Shown in pieces: positions 47,805 through 59,747 of a stretch of DNA of 61,683 nt. The notes beneath the pieces are model-generated. The model did not search any database. It had not been told where the DNA came from and saw nothing but the letters and a program-made list of their open reading frames with translations. Made by a program: the position numbers and the translations under genes. The stretch is from NCBI GenBank assembly GCA_008632985.1, contig QPGO01000208.1, forward strand, positions 62,001-123,683. The letters run 5' to 3'. Position 1 is the first letter of the stretch; each line of letters begins with the position of its first letter. The DNA comes from Psammoneis japonica. Its lineage: Eukaryota.

Positions 47805-50800
47805 CTCCTGGAATTCAAGACGACCCTACCATTCTTCATACCTGGGTTCGTCACGAAGAAGGAGCGATCTTTCGAAAAAATGAAAGACTGCATCATGCAC
47901 TTGACATCACGGCATTGGGGCTCAGCATCAACACTGAAGAATGCCAAGGACACACCCTGACATCATCCCCCCAAGACCCCCAACACCACATTCTAAAGGG
48001 TTGGTGGTGGTGCCAGCTGATCATTCAAAAATTCACAAGCAGCACTTGAAAAATCATGCACACAACACCCAATTCTGCTCTTCCTGAGCTGCACTGTTGT
48101 GGACTCCTGTCCTCCTTTTCTCCAGTTCCTCATTTCTGGGAGGATCGTTTCTGGCCATCTCATGGTGGATGCCGCTTCCTGCATGGTCAGCACAACTCTC
48201 CAAACAATGTGGTGGTTTACGCTTGGACCTTGCACCCGACAACGTCACCATGGCTGTTGGCCTCTCAACTGCTGCCAAAGGTCTGGCCATTGCTGCCTTG
48301 GAGCTCCCCATGCAGGCTGTTGTTGTGGACAACAGCACTCAACTTTGCGATCCTTCAGAGTGCTGCTGCTCCGTTCAGGCCCACCATGGTCTCGGGCAGT
48401 GCCTTGGTCCTTGCCCGGGTGTGTGTTGTGCCAGCTTTGACTGCAGCAACAGCTGCATGGTCAGACCTGGTGATCACAGTGGCTGCCAGTCTGAGTGTCA
48501 CTGCCGCCAGCAATGCCGTGCCCACACAGAAATCTTCTTGGGATGTGGTGCCCACCTTGGCTCCAAGACACGTTTCTCATCCCTCCTTGGCTCTTTTTGC
48601 CCAGTTTCCATGTCATTCATGCGTGGCTCTCATGATCTGTTGGGTGCTCTCAAGCCCTCTGACCACTTTGCCAACACGGCACTTGCCCGGTCCTTTGATG
48701 GCCCCAGGGCCCCATCCTGGCTTGTGGTCCCTTGCAGAAGGCCCGCACCAGCAGCAATTTTTTCTTGCCGGCGGGTGCATCACCAGGCAGCCCTGCATTC
48801 CTTGTGCAGCACTGCACCAGGGATCTGCCAGTTCTGTCAAATTTGGCTGATGCCCAGGCAAGTGCTCTAATCTGGTGTTCTCTCCCAGGCATTTTTCTGT
48901 TGCCTCCATGCTTTGACCTCCCGGTTGGGCAGATCTGGTCCTCCTTGATTTCCTTCACAAGTCTCAAGGGGCCAGTCTCACTGCTGTGAGTCAAAACACA
49001 AGTGCTTTGCATTCCACCTGGGCAGAGGACCACCCCCTTCTCACCAAATGGTTCACAGCTGTGTTGGCCTTTCCTGATGAGTTTTGTGTTGAGCTCATGT
49101 TCCTTGCGCCCAGCCTGCTGCTTCTTTGTCCTGCCCGCCCTCACCGCGGGATCTGTCTGTCACAATCCCCACGTCCTCTGACTTGGCTGTGGTTGACCAA
49201 GACATGGCCTTCCAGCCACATGGGGATTGCATCCTCAACAAAGTGGACTCAGACAAACCACCATCCCAGCACCTGGACTGTGAAAGCAAGGCCTGGGATG
49301 GTGTTCACCCCAGCCAACAGCTGCCTCAGTGCATGACCAGAAGAGTGGTTGCTTTGGCCTGTGGCATCATCAATCCCTGGCAGCAAAAAAGCTTTGCACT
49401 TTGAAATGCTTTGCCCTGGGTCACTTCACTGTGTGCTCTCCGTTGACCCTTTCCTGCAGAAGCACTCACCAAAAGTCATCAGTTTGGAGTGTCCAGAGCC
49501 TCCCACCCCTCTCATGACCAACAAAGTGATGCAGCAGCAGATGGCCAGTGGCTTCTCCAGCAGCACTGGCTGCATCACTGTTGCAAGCAAAAGGGAGGAC
49601 AGTGGTGGTGATGGCCTTGCAAGTCAGTTTGCCACATGTCGTACAGCCCATTCTCACCAAGCATCATTTGCCACAGGTGCAGCCCAGCCCAATCCTGCAG
49701 CCTTCACATCAGTGGTGGCACTGGCATCAGAGTGCCCATTTCAGCTGCCCCCCCCCNCCCCCAACTGTTTGCCTCCACCCGGAGTCCTCAAGCCCCCGGC
49801 ATTTGATCTCATGGTGGAGTCTCTGCCACAGTGTCAGGCAGCTGCACCTGGCCAATGGCAATTGCCATGCCAGTTAACCTCGTGTGCACAACGAGGATCC
49901 TGGGTGTGGCTTCCAGGGACACCTCACCCAGGAGACTGGTGTCCCAGCCCATCATCATTGGTCAGCAGGGTGCCACCCACCAATGCTCACACACCCATTG
50001 CTCTGCTGCAGTTGGGTGCTGCCCCCATGTCCCCTTGGTCACCAGCACCACCAGCGCCACTCCAGCAGCCTCCTTCGAGGTGACACCTGCTGTGGTGGCA
50101 GCAACTGCATCAAAGGATTGGCCCTTCTCACTGCTGGCCAGCAACCAGTGAATCCAGGGACCAAAGGCCACAGTGCTGTTTTGTGCCTTCTTGCCTTTTC
50201 TGGAGTCCCACTTTCAAGGTTGCTTTGCAAGTTTGACAGCACAGATTCTTCCAGACAAGTGCAACTGTTTCCTGCTGCATCCATCCCACATTTTGAGATG
50301 CTGTTTTAGGGCAAACACCAGAGAAATTGCAACCACCCACCTGTCCCTGCATCTTGTCACAGGAGCACCTTGTGCAGTCAGGCTCTTTTGGTGCCCCACT
50401 TAACTTTGCCTTCTTTCATGCTGATGCCTTCCAAGCCTGGCGGCAGGCCACTGGACCTTTGATGCTGAACAGTCTTCCACAGCCCTTGGCATGACATTCA
50501 CAGTGTTTGCCCTTGTCCCAACCCTCCCGGATGGCTCTGGGCCGGCATGCCTTCCCAGGGCAGGTGTTGCTGTTACATCCATGGAACTGCTCATGTTGCA
50601 CTTCCAGTGGCTTCTTCAGCTCTCTGTCACAGGGGAGGATGGCTTGACACAATTCAATCAGAGCTGTCTCCAGTTTGACCCCTTCCAACAGCTGTTCTTC
50701 CTGCTTTGCTTGCACGCAGTTCAGCTCCAATGGGAGTCCAGTAACTTCTCTTGCTCCACACACTCACATCAGTTTCTCTGTTGTTTGGCAGAGCTGCTCA

Positions 50801-52724
50801 GCCTTTCATTTGCCTGGAGCATGCAAGACAGCCTTGTGCATCTTGCATCAGAAGCTTCTGGGCAATGCTCAGCCCTTCCTGCATTGAAGCCCACCATCTC
50901 TCACATGCTGGGGCATTGGACTCAGTGCACTGTGGTGCTGTTCAACATGAATCTGCATTTGGACACACACGGCTTCAAGCTGCACCATCAGAGGCTCTGC
51001 TGGTGGCAGCAGGAGTGGCCACAAAAGCCACCAACTGCTGTCTTCTCAGGCCACCCCCATGGACTCCACTGCCAGCAAGTGTCTCAAGTCAGCTGAGGAC
51101 CCTCTGCCAACATGACAGAGTTCACTTGCCGGCAAGTGCCTTTTCAACTGGAAATCTGATGCAAACACCTGCCATTTTTGCAATCTTTTTGCTCTCTTGA
51201 AGTGCAAACCACCCACTGTCTTGACCGCAGGCACCAACAAGCCGGCAAACGTCTGCCTCTGGGTGCTTTGCATCCATTGAAGTGGTGCAAGAACTCAGAA
51301 TTTCTCTGCAAATGACAAAGAGGTGTGTCTGTTTGGAAACTCGGACTTTGAGCCAAGACCATCCCTCCTGAAGGTTGTTGTGGAAAGCTTTGAAGTCAAA
51401 TCACTCTGGTCTTTTCAGCTTGCCAAAGAGGCTCTCTCACACATTCTAGTGCCATCTGTCAAGATGTTTTTGTCTCATCAACATCTTGAGCAGGTTGGCA
51501 ATGCTGTTTTGTGTTTGGTCATGCATGAGTGGGTGTGCTTTCAGCATCCTGAAAAGGAAGTGGGAGAGTTGGTCAGCCTTGAACCAGCCTTGGTGCCAAA
51601 CAAGAAGACTCTTGCGCATTTGTCATTCCAGATCAGTTTGCACACATTTGCCAACCATTGTGGTCGAGGATTGCCCTCATGCCTTGAACACTCAGTGAGT
51701 GGTGTGTCAGGGAACAAGGACAAGGGCTGTAGAGTGCTGGCAAGTGAAGTGGACACTTGCCTCATGACTTGGCTGCTGCACAACATCATCTGGCACCAAT
51801 CTCTCATGAACTGGAAACACTCTTGTGTCTGCACTGCACATTGCCAGATCCACCAAAGGTGATTTCTGATGTTGTCGAAGCCTTGTTTGGGCACTGCTCA
51901 TGTCAACACCAGAGGCTTGGCAAGATGGTCAAAAAGCAGTGTTGAATGTTTTGAAGTCAGCTGCACATTTGTTGCAAATGTTGGACTGCTCCAATTGCAC
52001 TGAGTGCACAAGCAATCCAAAAAATGGTCATGCATGCCTTGGTGGGCAAATTTCTTTGCACTTCCATTGCAAAAGAAGAAGACTTTGCACAATCCAATCT
52101 AACAACACTTGTGTGGCAGGGTGATTGGTGGCACAATGCCAATGAGAAAGCCATTGACTGTGTTGCCACCATTGGTTGTCTTGGCAAAGATGTGCTTTCC
52201 ATTGTCAAAATGACAAGGAAGAGTGCGTGCAATTGCACCTGTGCCATGGTGGTTGCCTTGATGGAGGATGATCCCAAGCTGTTGCAAGAGTCAACAAGAA
52301 CAAAATGATGAACAAAGAGGACAGCAATGATTGGCAAATTTTGCAGCTTTTGCCATCCAGACCTGTTGCTTTCTAGCAAACTCTCTGCATTGCTCTTGAC
52401 TCCACAACAAAGTTGGCCCTGTTCTTGGAGTGCATGAGACTGTTGTGGCATTGACTCAATCAATGTTCTCACATCAGGCTTCAATCTCCTGTGCCACGTG
52501 GCCAGGTGCCCCCCCCCCCCCCTTGTTGCAAACCTTGGGATGGTCTGCACACTCACTCACATTGGTGCCAACAAAATGGAGCAGCCAAAGGCAGCAGCCT
52601 TTGCTTCTTCCCACTCCTGTTGATTGCACAACAAAGCAAGTGCAGCCCCCTTTGCAAATCACTGCGCAATGAACTGAGCAATCAAAAATGTGCTTGCTGG
52701 GTTCTGGGCTGTCTTTGGAATGTT

Positions 52725-52935
52725 CAAAGCCTGGTGCATCAAAGGTGTCTGGTGCACCTCTTCTGCAAATTGCATCTTTGGGATCAGGAAACTGCTTGAG
52801 CCAGGCAATGGAACAGCAACATCCATCAAAGGGCATTGCAGAGGCAGAAGTGTTGTGACACTGCTGCAATGAATCTTTCAGTGTCAAAGCCAATGTGCAC
52901 TTTCCACCACTGGGGGCGCCAATGAGGGCCACCAT
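52725..52935 (-). pseudogene. Relic of a YggC/Yfh7-like P-loop (pantothenate/uridine kinase-like) gene
   Basis: 'MVALIGAPSGGKCTLA...MPFDGCCCS...FPDPKDAICRRGAPDTFDA': P-loop and RRGAP.TFD signature, with Cys at positions that are usually Tyr/His. Confidence 0.75.
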
Positions 52936-53541
52936 TTGGGGACACCAGATGATGTTGTTGCCATTGTTGTTGTTGTTGGCTGTTGCTTTTCCCGGGCTGA
53001 CAGCACTTGTTGAACATCATGAGTGACTGGTTTTCCCATGTGAGTTTCGTGAGCCATTTTTCAGTCACCCTTCTCTTCTTTTTTTTTAGTGGAGTGGCTG
53101 AAATGATTGCGCAGTGACGATGGAAATGCAAAGGAAGGAGAGAAAAGGGAGATGGAGTGTCATGGTGGTTTTTGTTTGTTGGCGGCAGGTTCCTCGTTTT
53201 CGGTGCACGAACATCACTCGAACAGAAATGTTCTTCGGAAGCCATCCACGACTCGGGGCGACGGCGTCGAAACCACAGCAGTTCGCATTTTGCATGTGTT
53301 TTGCTCCCATTCAATGCATGTTGTGTGGGCAGGGCACCACAGAAACGGAAGGAGCGATGATGCGAAGGCTTCGAATTGTTCAGACGTGAACATGAGCACG
53401 CTTGATGGAAACATGTGGTTCGCATCATGGCCATGGCCTTTGCTCTTTGTGCTCACACCCTTCCTTTCATAAAATCAACTTTCAACCAACAACACCTTCC
53501 GTCATCCAGGTCTAAAAAAAAATCAACGAATCATCTCAACG

Positions 53542-54883
53542 ATGCATTTCCCCCACTTCAATTCAGTCTTCGTAGTTCTCTTTGCATCCAGCATCATCAA
53601 CCAATCCTCCTTTCTTGTCAGAGGCGAGACAGTTCACATCGTGAGCAGCAAGGATGCGGGAATGAGCGAACAATGCCCCTTTGCAAACTGGGGAGATTCT
53701 TCTTCATGTGTGGTGGGAAGGACAAATGCCAGTTGGGGTCCTCTCCTTGCCTGGTGCCTGTTCCATTTCGATGTTGCCGGGTCGGCACCACAAACAGCAG
53801 TGGTGGACTCAGCCACCTTACATCTCATGTTCCGTTGGCAAGATGTGTTTGTTTTTGACGAGTTTGAAGATCAACACACGTTTCACCTGGTCACGAAAGA
53901 TTGGGAGGAAGGTGACAAGAACGGGTTTGACCACGAGCATTCTGATTCTGGTGCGACATGGTGGTGGAGTGACAGCTCAACTGAGCCACGAACGAGCTGG
54001 GCAATTGATGGCAGTGACTTTGAACCGGTCCCTTTTGCAACATTTTCTGCACCACTAAGAAGGGAGGCAGTGGGTGATCAACACACGGGTTCGGATGATG
54101 TAGACGTCGTGGTTGACAAGAACTTCATCCAATCCCCACTTGCCAGTCCAGACAAGAACAAGGGCTTTAGATGGGTTCCAGTCCTGGGTGGGACTCCGTG
54201 TGACATTGGGCCCGTAGAATTCTACGTGCGAGCTCCGTAGTACGAGAATTTAATTAATGGATATATTTATCTTCAACATCAAATAAACTGCCAAGTTTGT
54301 GGTGCAATTATGCCTCTTGCCACTCGACGTTTTTGCAAATGCGCCTGCCCTACGCGATTCTTAAGACATTATAGAATCGCGCTTTAACAAAAAATGTCAA
54401 AAGTTGTTGGACGGATCGCTCAATAAGTGTACCGTAAAATGACACAAAATATCGAAAAAATCACGTAGAAATCTACGTGCGCGACATACGACGTGATTCA
54501 AAAAACTATCGATGTCACAGTTCAGTAGTACGAGGTCCCACCTAGACCTGGAACGCGTCTTTATCTTGCTCGGAAATGAGACGACCAAGGAGCTGAATTG
54601 GCGCCACTTCAAAACTCGAGAAGCATGTGAGAGTGTCACCCATCCCACATCATGCAATCCAGTCTTGCAGATCGATCATTCCACAGGAGATTCGTCAGGC
54701 ACTGTTTCTGAAAACGGCGGGCATGGCACAGATTCGTCGAACGCTGTCGCTGAAAATGGACAAGGTGGTGCAGATGGCGCATCCAGTGATGACAAAGGTT
54801 CGAGTGCAGATGGACTTGTTTTGCAATGTCATTTCATGATTGCTTCCTCTGTGATTGTGCCAGCCATCATTTCTTTGATTTAA
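53542..54883 (+). pseudogene. Secreted DNRLRE/CBM96-like protein with GPI-like tail, interrupted by a TIR element
   Basis: 'SKDAGMSE..PFANWG...FDV...VDSATLHL...HLVTKDWEEG...GATW...W..DGSDF'. Removing 54170-54563 restores the frame 'NKG-FILLGNE...FKTREA...PVLQI'. Confidence 0.75.
54170..54559. mobile_element. Non-autonomous TIR element, 390 bp, imperfect ~30-bp TIRs, 4-bp TSD TTTA
   Basis: Left end GATGGGTTCCAGTCCTGGGTGGGAC; right end (reverse complement) GACGCGTTCCAGGTCTAGGTGGGAC. TTTA at 54166-54169 and 54560-54563. Precise excision restores the host ORF. Confidence 0.85.
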
Positions 54884-55319
54884 GGACTGAGCGCCTGTTC
54901 TTTCAGCGTGAATCGAATCTCAGCATTTTGTTAGAAGGACCTGCATGTGAACCATGATTAGCCCTGCTGCAGGTAGAATGCAAGAATTTAGGTGCAGACA
55001 ATGCGTGGAAAATTCTTCGCATCAAACAATGCAAGACTCCTTGAGACTGCCCCCAACAGGCCCAATGCAGAGCGAAGGTGGGCCGCTGCACCCTGCCTCC
55101 CCAAAGTGGTTCAGTTCGCATGTTGCAATGGCAGCATGCTTCCAGGCTACAACTCGTTTGTCAAAGCAGAGGCTCTGCCCTGCCAAGGCTGTGATGCGAA
55201 ATGTGGCTATGACAGCAAGGATCATTGTGCACCATTGCTGCATGAAATGGGTGGACAAGGTTGACACCAGTTGACATGTCGTGCCAATCATTCTGTGTTT
55301 TTCGTGTCTGCGCACAGAC

Positions 55320-56430
55320 ATGGAAACAATTTTGTTTTCAAGCACTGCAATGATGACAACCATTGTTGCTCAAAGAGCCATTGCTGTTGCTGCTTTGACT
55401 GCCACTTGCCACTCCACACAAGCCTTTTCTCCCTTTTCAACAAGAGGACTCCAAAATTCAGCAATTCGAGGGATGCAGAGCTGGCTTTCCTGACATCGAC
55501 AAGCACTGGTCCTTTTGTTTCCATTTCAGATGCATTTGATGGTGGCAACATTGAGCTTTTAGAAACTGCTGCAGCCAAAAACAAGGATGGAGTTGACGTC
55601 ATTTCAAGAATGAAGCCAGATCCATGTGCAGAGCTGGAGCAAGTGGCACACATTTTCAACCCTTTTTTCTGTGATCAATCGCACACATGGACAATGAACA
55701 AAAATTTGCACCATCGTGCACTGCAACACCACATTTGATGGCAAACATTGACACAATGATGAACAGGGCAATGCATCATCCCCCACTGCAATGCATGTCA
55801 TTGACAATGCAGACAAGGCTTCTTGCTGATGTCAGTGCCTGGAATGGAAACACTGTCTTTTTCTCCAAAACTCCATCAGATCCATGTTCTTGGACTCATC
55901 TGGTCAATGCCACATCGCACTGCACACAAACGGCAAATTGAAGTGAACATTCATTTGCACTTAAAATGAGTTGGTGGTCTGTGTTTTTGTCATTTTCTGC
56001 CTTGTTTGTACAAACAACATTTGCAGCCACTTGCGAAACAATGTCGTTTCCCTGGGCTGACCTCGGAGGGCTGCAAACTTGAGTGCGTTGTTGTGGGAAA
56101 TGGCGACCACAAATGTTGGGTCATTCATTGGCAACAACCCAGAGAAAACATGGCCAAATTCTGTGCAGAAGGACTGCTGGAGCATCTGCTTGGTTTGAAT
56201 GGTTCTGCAGATGGAACGGCAACCAAGGATTTGTTGAGGGGACATGCACCCCACATTTTTGCACAAAGTCTGAACCCAATGGCTCCATCCATGGCCACTT
56301 GTGGACCAATGCTGTTGGCAGTGATTTGAGTGGAGAATGGTGTTTTGGCAGGAGATTGCAAAGCTCCCACACTGGAATGATCACCAGAGTGCAATGGACG
56401 AAACGGGTGTGGGTGCCTTTTTGGACTGGG
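55320..56430 (+). pseudogene. Relic of an M14 cytosolic-carboxypeptidase-like gene
   Basis: 'VSISDAFDGGNIE', 'KPDPCAELE', 'WVIHWQQPRENMAKFCAEGLL' (cf. HRQHPGE), 'GSIHGHLWTNAVGSDLSGEW' (cf. GHLRTNA.G.NLNREW) and 'MDETGV', spread over several frames. Confidence 0.78.
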
Positions 56431-57067
56431 GGGTCCTTGCTTGCAGGGGCTCCAAGGTGCCTTTCTCACAGCCTGCTCTCATGCCAACTCCAACGTGCAA
56501 CAACGAACAATTGGCTGCGAACCGGAAGCACCAGGAGATGGGCGCCTCAGCACTTGCTCAAAACAGATTGTCACTGCTTGATTTGATTGTCTTCGTGTGT
56601 TGCTGGAAAATGCCACTCAAAGACTGTCCATCCACCACTCATGAAACAATGCAGTTCTTGGTGTCGCGACGGAAAAGCAGGAGGCAAGAAAGAAGAGTGG
56701 TGCATGCCTGCTCTCCCTCCCTGGGTCCGTCGTGGCGATTCCCGCGATGACGATGTGTTGACTTTTCGTCACGCATTTTGACAGCGCAGGATCTTTCGAA
56801 AAAATGAAAGATCGCGTTTTGGAGTCTATCGTTCCCGCCGCGCCGCTCGTCAACACTGCTAATTTTCTTTTTTCTGTGAAAGGTTACGGATTGATTAGAT
56901 TGCCCACCCTCCCCATACTGTAGATGCACACCCTCCACAGTTGTTGGGCACAGCAAATACCGAGATTGATTCGTAAAATCCATTTGCCGATAAAGGAATC
57001 GAAATCCATCACAAGAACGGTTTCCTCATTAGCAACTGCTTTTCGACTAACTACCGACACGCGGAAA

Positions 57068-58939
57068 ATGAATAGCAATCAAATCTACACGGTCGTACCG
57101 GTTGCGACAGCAGGTGTTGCTATTCTGGGAGGGACAATTTACAAGCGCTTTATTCATATGCCAAATGTGGATACCACTTCACAACGTAACGGCGGTGAAT
57201 TGGTTGCAAGAGTGCTGCAGGCACACGGTGTTGAGTTTGTATTTACACTTGTGGGCGGCCACATATCTCCGATTCTGGTCGAATCGGAACGCTCAGGTAT
57301 TCGAATTATCGATGTTCGTCACGAGGCCAACGCTGTCTTTGCTGCCGATGCCGTGTCACGACTCACGGGAATTCCTGGTGTTGCGGTAGTCACTGCCGGT
57401 CCCGGTGTAACCAACACAATCACGGCTTGCAAGAATGCTCAAATGGCCGAATCACCGGTCGTTCTGTTGGGTGGAGCTGCTGCCACTTTGCTCAAGGGTC
57501 GCGGAGCATTGCAAGATATCGAGCAACTCAAGCTTTTGAGTTCAATCTGTAAATGGACCGCGACGGTTCGTCGTGTGCGGGATATCCCAATCACTCTAAG
57601 GAGAGCCTTTCAAAAAGCCAAGGAAGGAACTCCCGGACCCGTGTTTGTCGAGCTACCAATCGACACGCTCTATCCAATTGACGTGGTGCTATCCGAGGCC
57701 GGGGCCAAACCAAAACCCAGCGATGGTATTGTGAAAAAGATGATCAATTGGTACGTTGAGAGATCCATCAAGACCAGTTTCGATGGTGCCTTTGAGGACG
57801 GTATTGATTTTTCCCCGTTACCATTTTCGTTTCCGAAACACACGGCTACCCATGTGTCCAAGGCAGTGCAAATCATTTCCGATTCTAAGCGTCCCGTCGT
57901 AGTTCTTGGTAGCCAGGCAACGTTACCGCCAACAAAACCAAACGAGCTGCAAGCAGCCTTGGAAAACATGGGCATTCCTTGTTTTCTTGGCGGCATGTGT
58001 CGTGGGTTGTTGGGAGTCAAGAGCGAGATTCAGATTACACAAAAGCGCTCGGCCGCTCTGAAAGAGGCTGACGTTATTCTTTTGATTGGTTCGGTAGCCG
58101 ATTTTCGACTCGGATATGGACGATCCTTTGGAAGACAAGCTCAAGTTATTGCCGTCAATCGGGATTCTTTGCAGCTTTACAAGAATCAACACGTGTTTTG
58201 GAAAGCCAAAATGTCGGTGCAAGCCGATCCAGCTTCCTTTGTCGTGTCGTTATCAAAAGCATTGAACGATGCTAACTATTCTGTTGATAAGTCATGGTTG
58301 TCAACCCTACGCAGCCGAGCCGCAGAGCGTGAAAAAGAAATCAATGCCAAAGCCGAGACTGATGCTGGTTCCGGACATGTGAATCCCTTGCGGCTGTTGA
58401 AAATGCTTGACGAGGAGTTGGAGGATTCATGCATCATGATCGCGGATGGAGGCGACTTTATTGGATCTGCAGCGTACATTCTCAAGCCACGTGGACCACT
58501 CATGTGGCTGGATCCGGGTGCATTTGGTACGCTTGGTGTGGGTGCAGGCTTTGCTATTGGAGCCAAGCTTGTTCATCCTGACAAACAAGTGGTTGTACTG
58601 TACGGGGATGGGTCAGTTGGATTCTCGATTGTGGAGTATGACACATTCAAACGACACAACTTGCCAATCATGTCAATTGTTGGGAACGATGCTTGCTGGA
58701 CGCAAATAGCAAGAGACCAGGTGCCTCGATTCAACACCGCTGTGGCGTGCAATTTAAAGTACACAGACTACCACAAAGTGGTGGAAGCGTTCGGAGGCGA
58801 AGGACATATAATCAAGGATATCGGCAATGCGCAGAAGTTGTTGAAAGCCGCCGCTCACAGTGCAGCACAAGGGAAACCTACTCTTGTCAATGTGATTATT
58901 GGGAAAAGCGACTTTCGAGAAGGCAGCATATCAGTGTAG
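57068..58939 (+). CDS. ILVBL: ThDP-dependent acetolactate-synthase-like protein / 2-hydroxyacyl-CoA lyase 2
   Basis: N-terminal membrane anchor, 'GGHISPIL', 'DVRHE', 'VTAGPG.TN', '[13 protein letters not shown]', ThDP motif 'GDGS...GNDACW', C-terminal 'FREGSISV'. Confidence 0.92.
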   Translation: MNSNQIYTVVPVATAGVAILGGTIYKRFIHMPNVDTTSQRNGGELVARVLQAHGVEFVFTLVGGHISPILVESERSGIRIIDVRHEANAVFAADAVSRLTGIPGVAVVTAGPGVTNTITACKNAQMAESPVVLLGGAAATLLKGRGALQDIEQLKLLSSICKWTATVRRVRDIPITLRRAFQKAKEGTPGPVFVELPIDTLYPIDVVLSEAGAKPKPSDGIVKKMINWYVERSIKTSFDGAFEDGIDFSPLPFSFPKHTATHVSKAVQIISDSKRPVVVLGSQATLPPTKPNELQAALENMGIPCFLGGMCRGLLGVKSEIQITQKRSAALKEADVILLIGSVADFRLGYGRSFGRQAQVIAVNRDSLQLYKNQHVFWKAKMSVQADPASFVVSLSKALNDANYSVDKSWLSTLRSRAAEREKEINAKAETDAGSGHVNPLRLLKMLDEELEDSCIMIADGGDFIGSAAYILKPRGPLMWLDPGAFGTLGVGAGFAIGAKLVHPDKQVVVLYGDGSVGFSIVEYDTFKRHNLPIMSIVGNDACWTQIARDQVPRFNTAVACNLKYTDYHKVVEAFGGEGHIIKDIGNAQKLLKAAAHSAAQGKPTLVNVIIGKSDFREGSISV

Positions 58940-59086
58940 CCATCGTGACGGCTGTTGTGTGATGTGTGTTGAGAATGACGCGACTTGCAGAAAAACGATT
59001 GATAAGGATGATTAGTTGCCGACAAATGAGTAGAATTGAATCTTATTTGTGGTAGATAGACTACGCAGCATTGTTGCCTTGATTGT

Positions 59087-59494
59087 TCACTGCAATTGTG
59101 TGTATTCAGGTTCTTGCGCCAAGCGAAAGCACAAGATGAACAGGATTCCTGTCACTGCCGCGAACGATTTTTCGATCACAGTTTTTGCAAGCACATTGCC
59201 AATGGTATTCAACAAAAATAGTATCGCTAGAATGACCATGAAAATGCGAGAGACTCCACGTAATTGACTGACTTTGATCCGTTCTATTCTAACCGCAGTA
59301 AAAAAGGCAGCCACTAGCAAGGTGCCGAGCGAGAAAGCTTCGTAAGGAATGAGGTCTTGGCGGCTCTCGATTCGGCCACCCCACACGATCCTCATGGGAA
59401 TCAGTCCGGAGAGAACGCAAATGTGAAAACAAATCAAGATGATATAAATAGATATGGCCAGGTGACCAGCAAGTTGAAACGACACTCTTATCAT
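59087..59494 (-). CDS. Small four-helix membrane protein
   Basis: 135-aa intronless ORF with four hydrophobic helices and an 'IVWGGRI' motif. Confidence 0.65.
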   Translation of the reverse strand: MIRVSFQLAGHLAISIYIILICFHICVLSGLIPMRIVWGGRIESRQDLIPYEAFSLGTLLVAAFFTAVRIERIKVSQLRGVSRIFMVILAILFLLNTIGNVLAKTVIEKSFAAVTGILFILCFRLAQEPEYTQLQ

Positions 59495-59747
59495 AGTTCC
59501 TGCTCAAAAGGTGTGAAAGATCAAAGATCCATGCTCGTTGTGTTTTTTGTGTCATGGCGACATCTATGTACCTATGTATCACCTACAGTACTGAACATGT
59601 AGCATCTTAGATGTCGTTGAGGATAAATAAATTTTGTTCATGATCTAATGTGAAAATAAAAACAGAACGGAAATATATGGTCGATGATGAAGCTCCACAA
59701 TGATACGAGAGAGATAAAGCGGCGCTGAAGATTTACTGCTACAGACG

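Larger units (their letters stand above)
47888..56789. mobile_element. 8.9-kb decayed composite block (TE relics plus host-gene relics) bracketed by a 22-bp exact direct repeat
   Basis: GATCTTTCGAAAAAATGAAAGA at 47866-47887 and 56790-56811. The interior is CpG/TpA-depleted except for the 54170-54559 insert. Confidence 0.6.

Noticed and set aside
48056..52556. Numerous 100-260 aa Cys/His/Gln/Trp-rich overlapping ORFs as novel proteins
   Set aside because: They are a by-product of TAA/TAG loss in TpA-depleted DNA: open in several frames on both strands and almost free of Tyr. A LINE origin for part of this region is possible but not supportable by eye.
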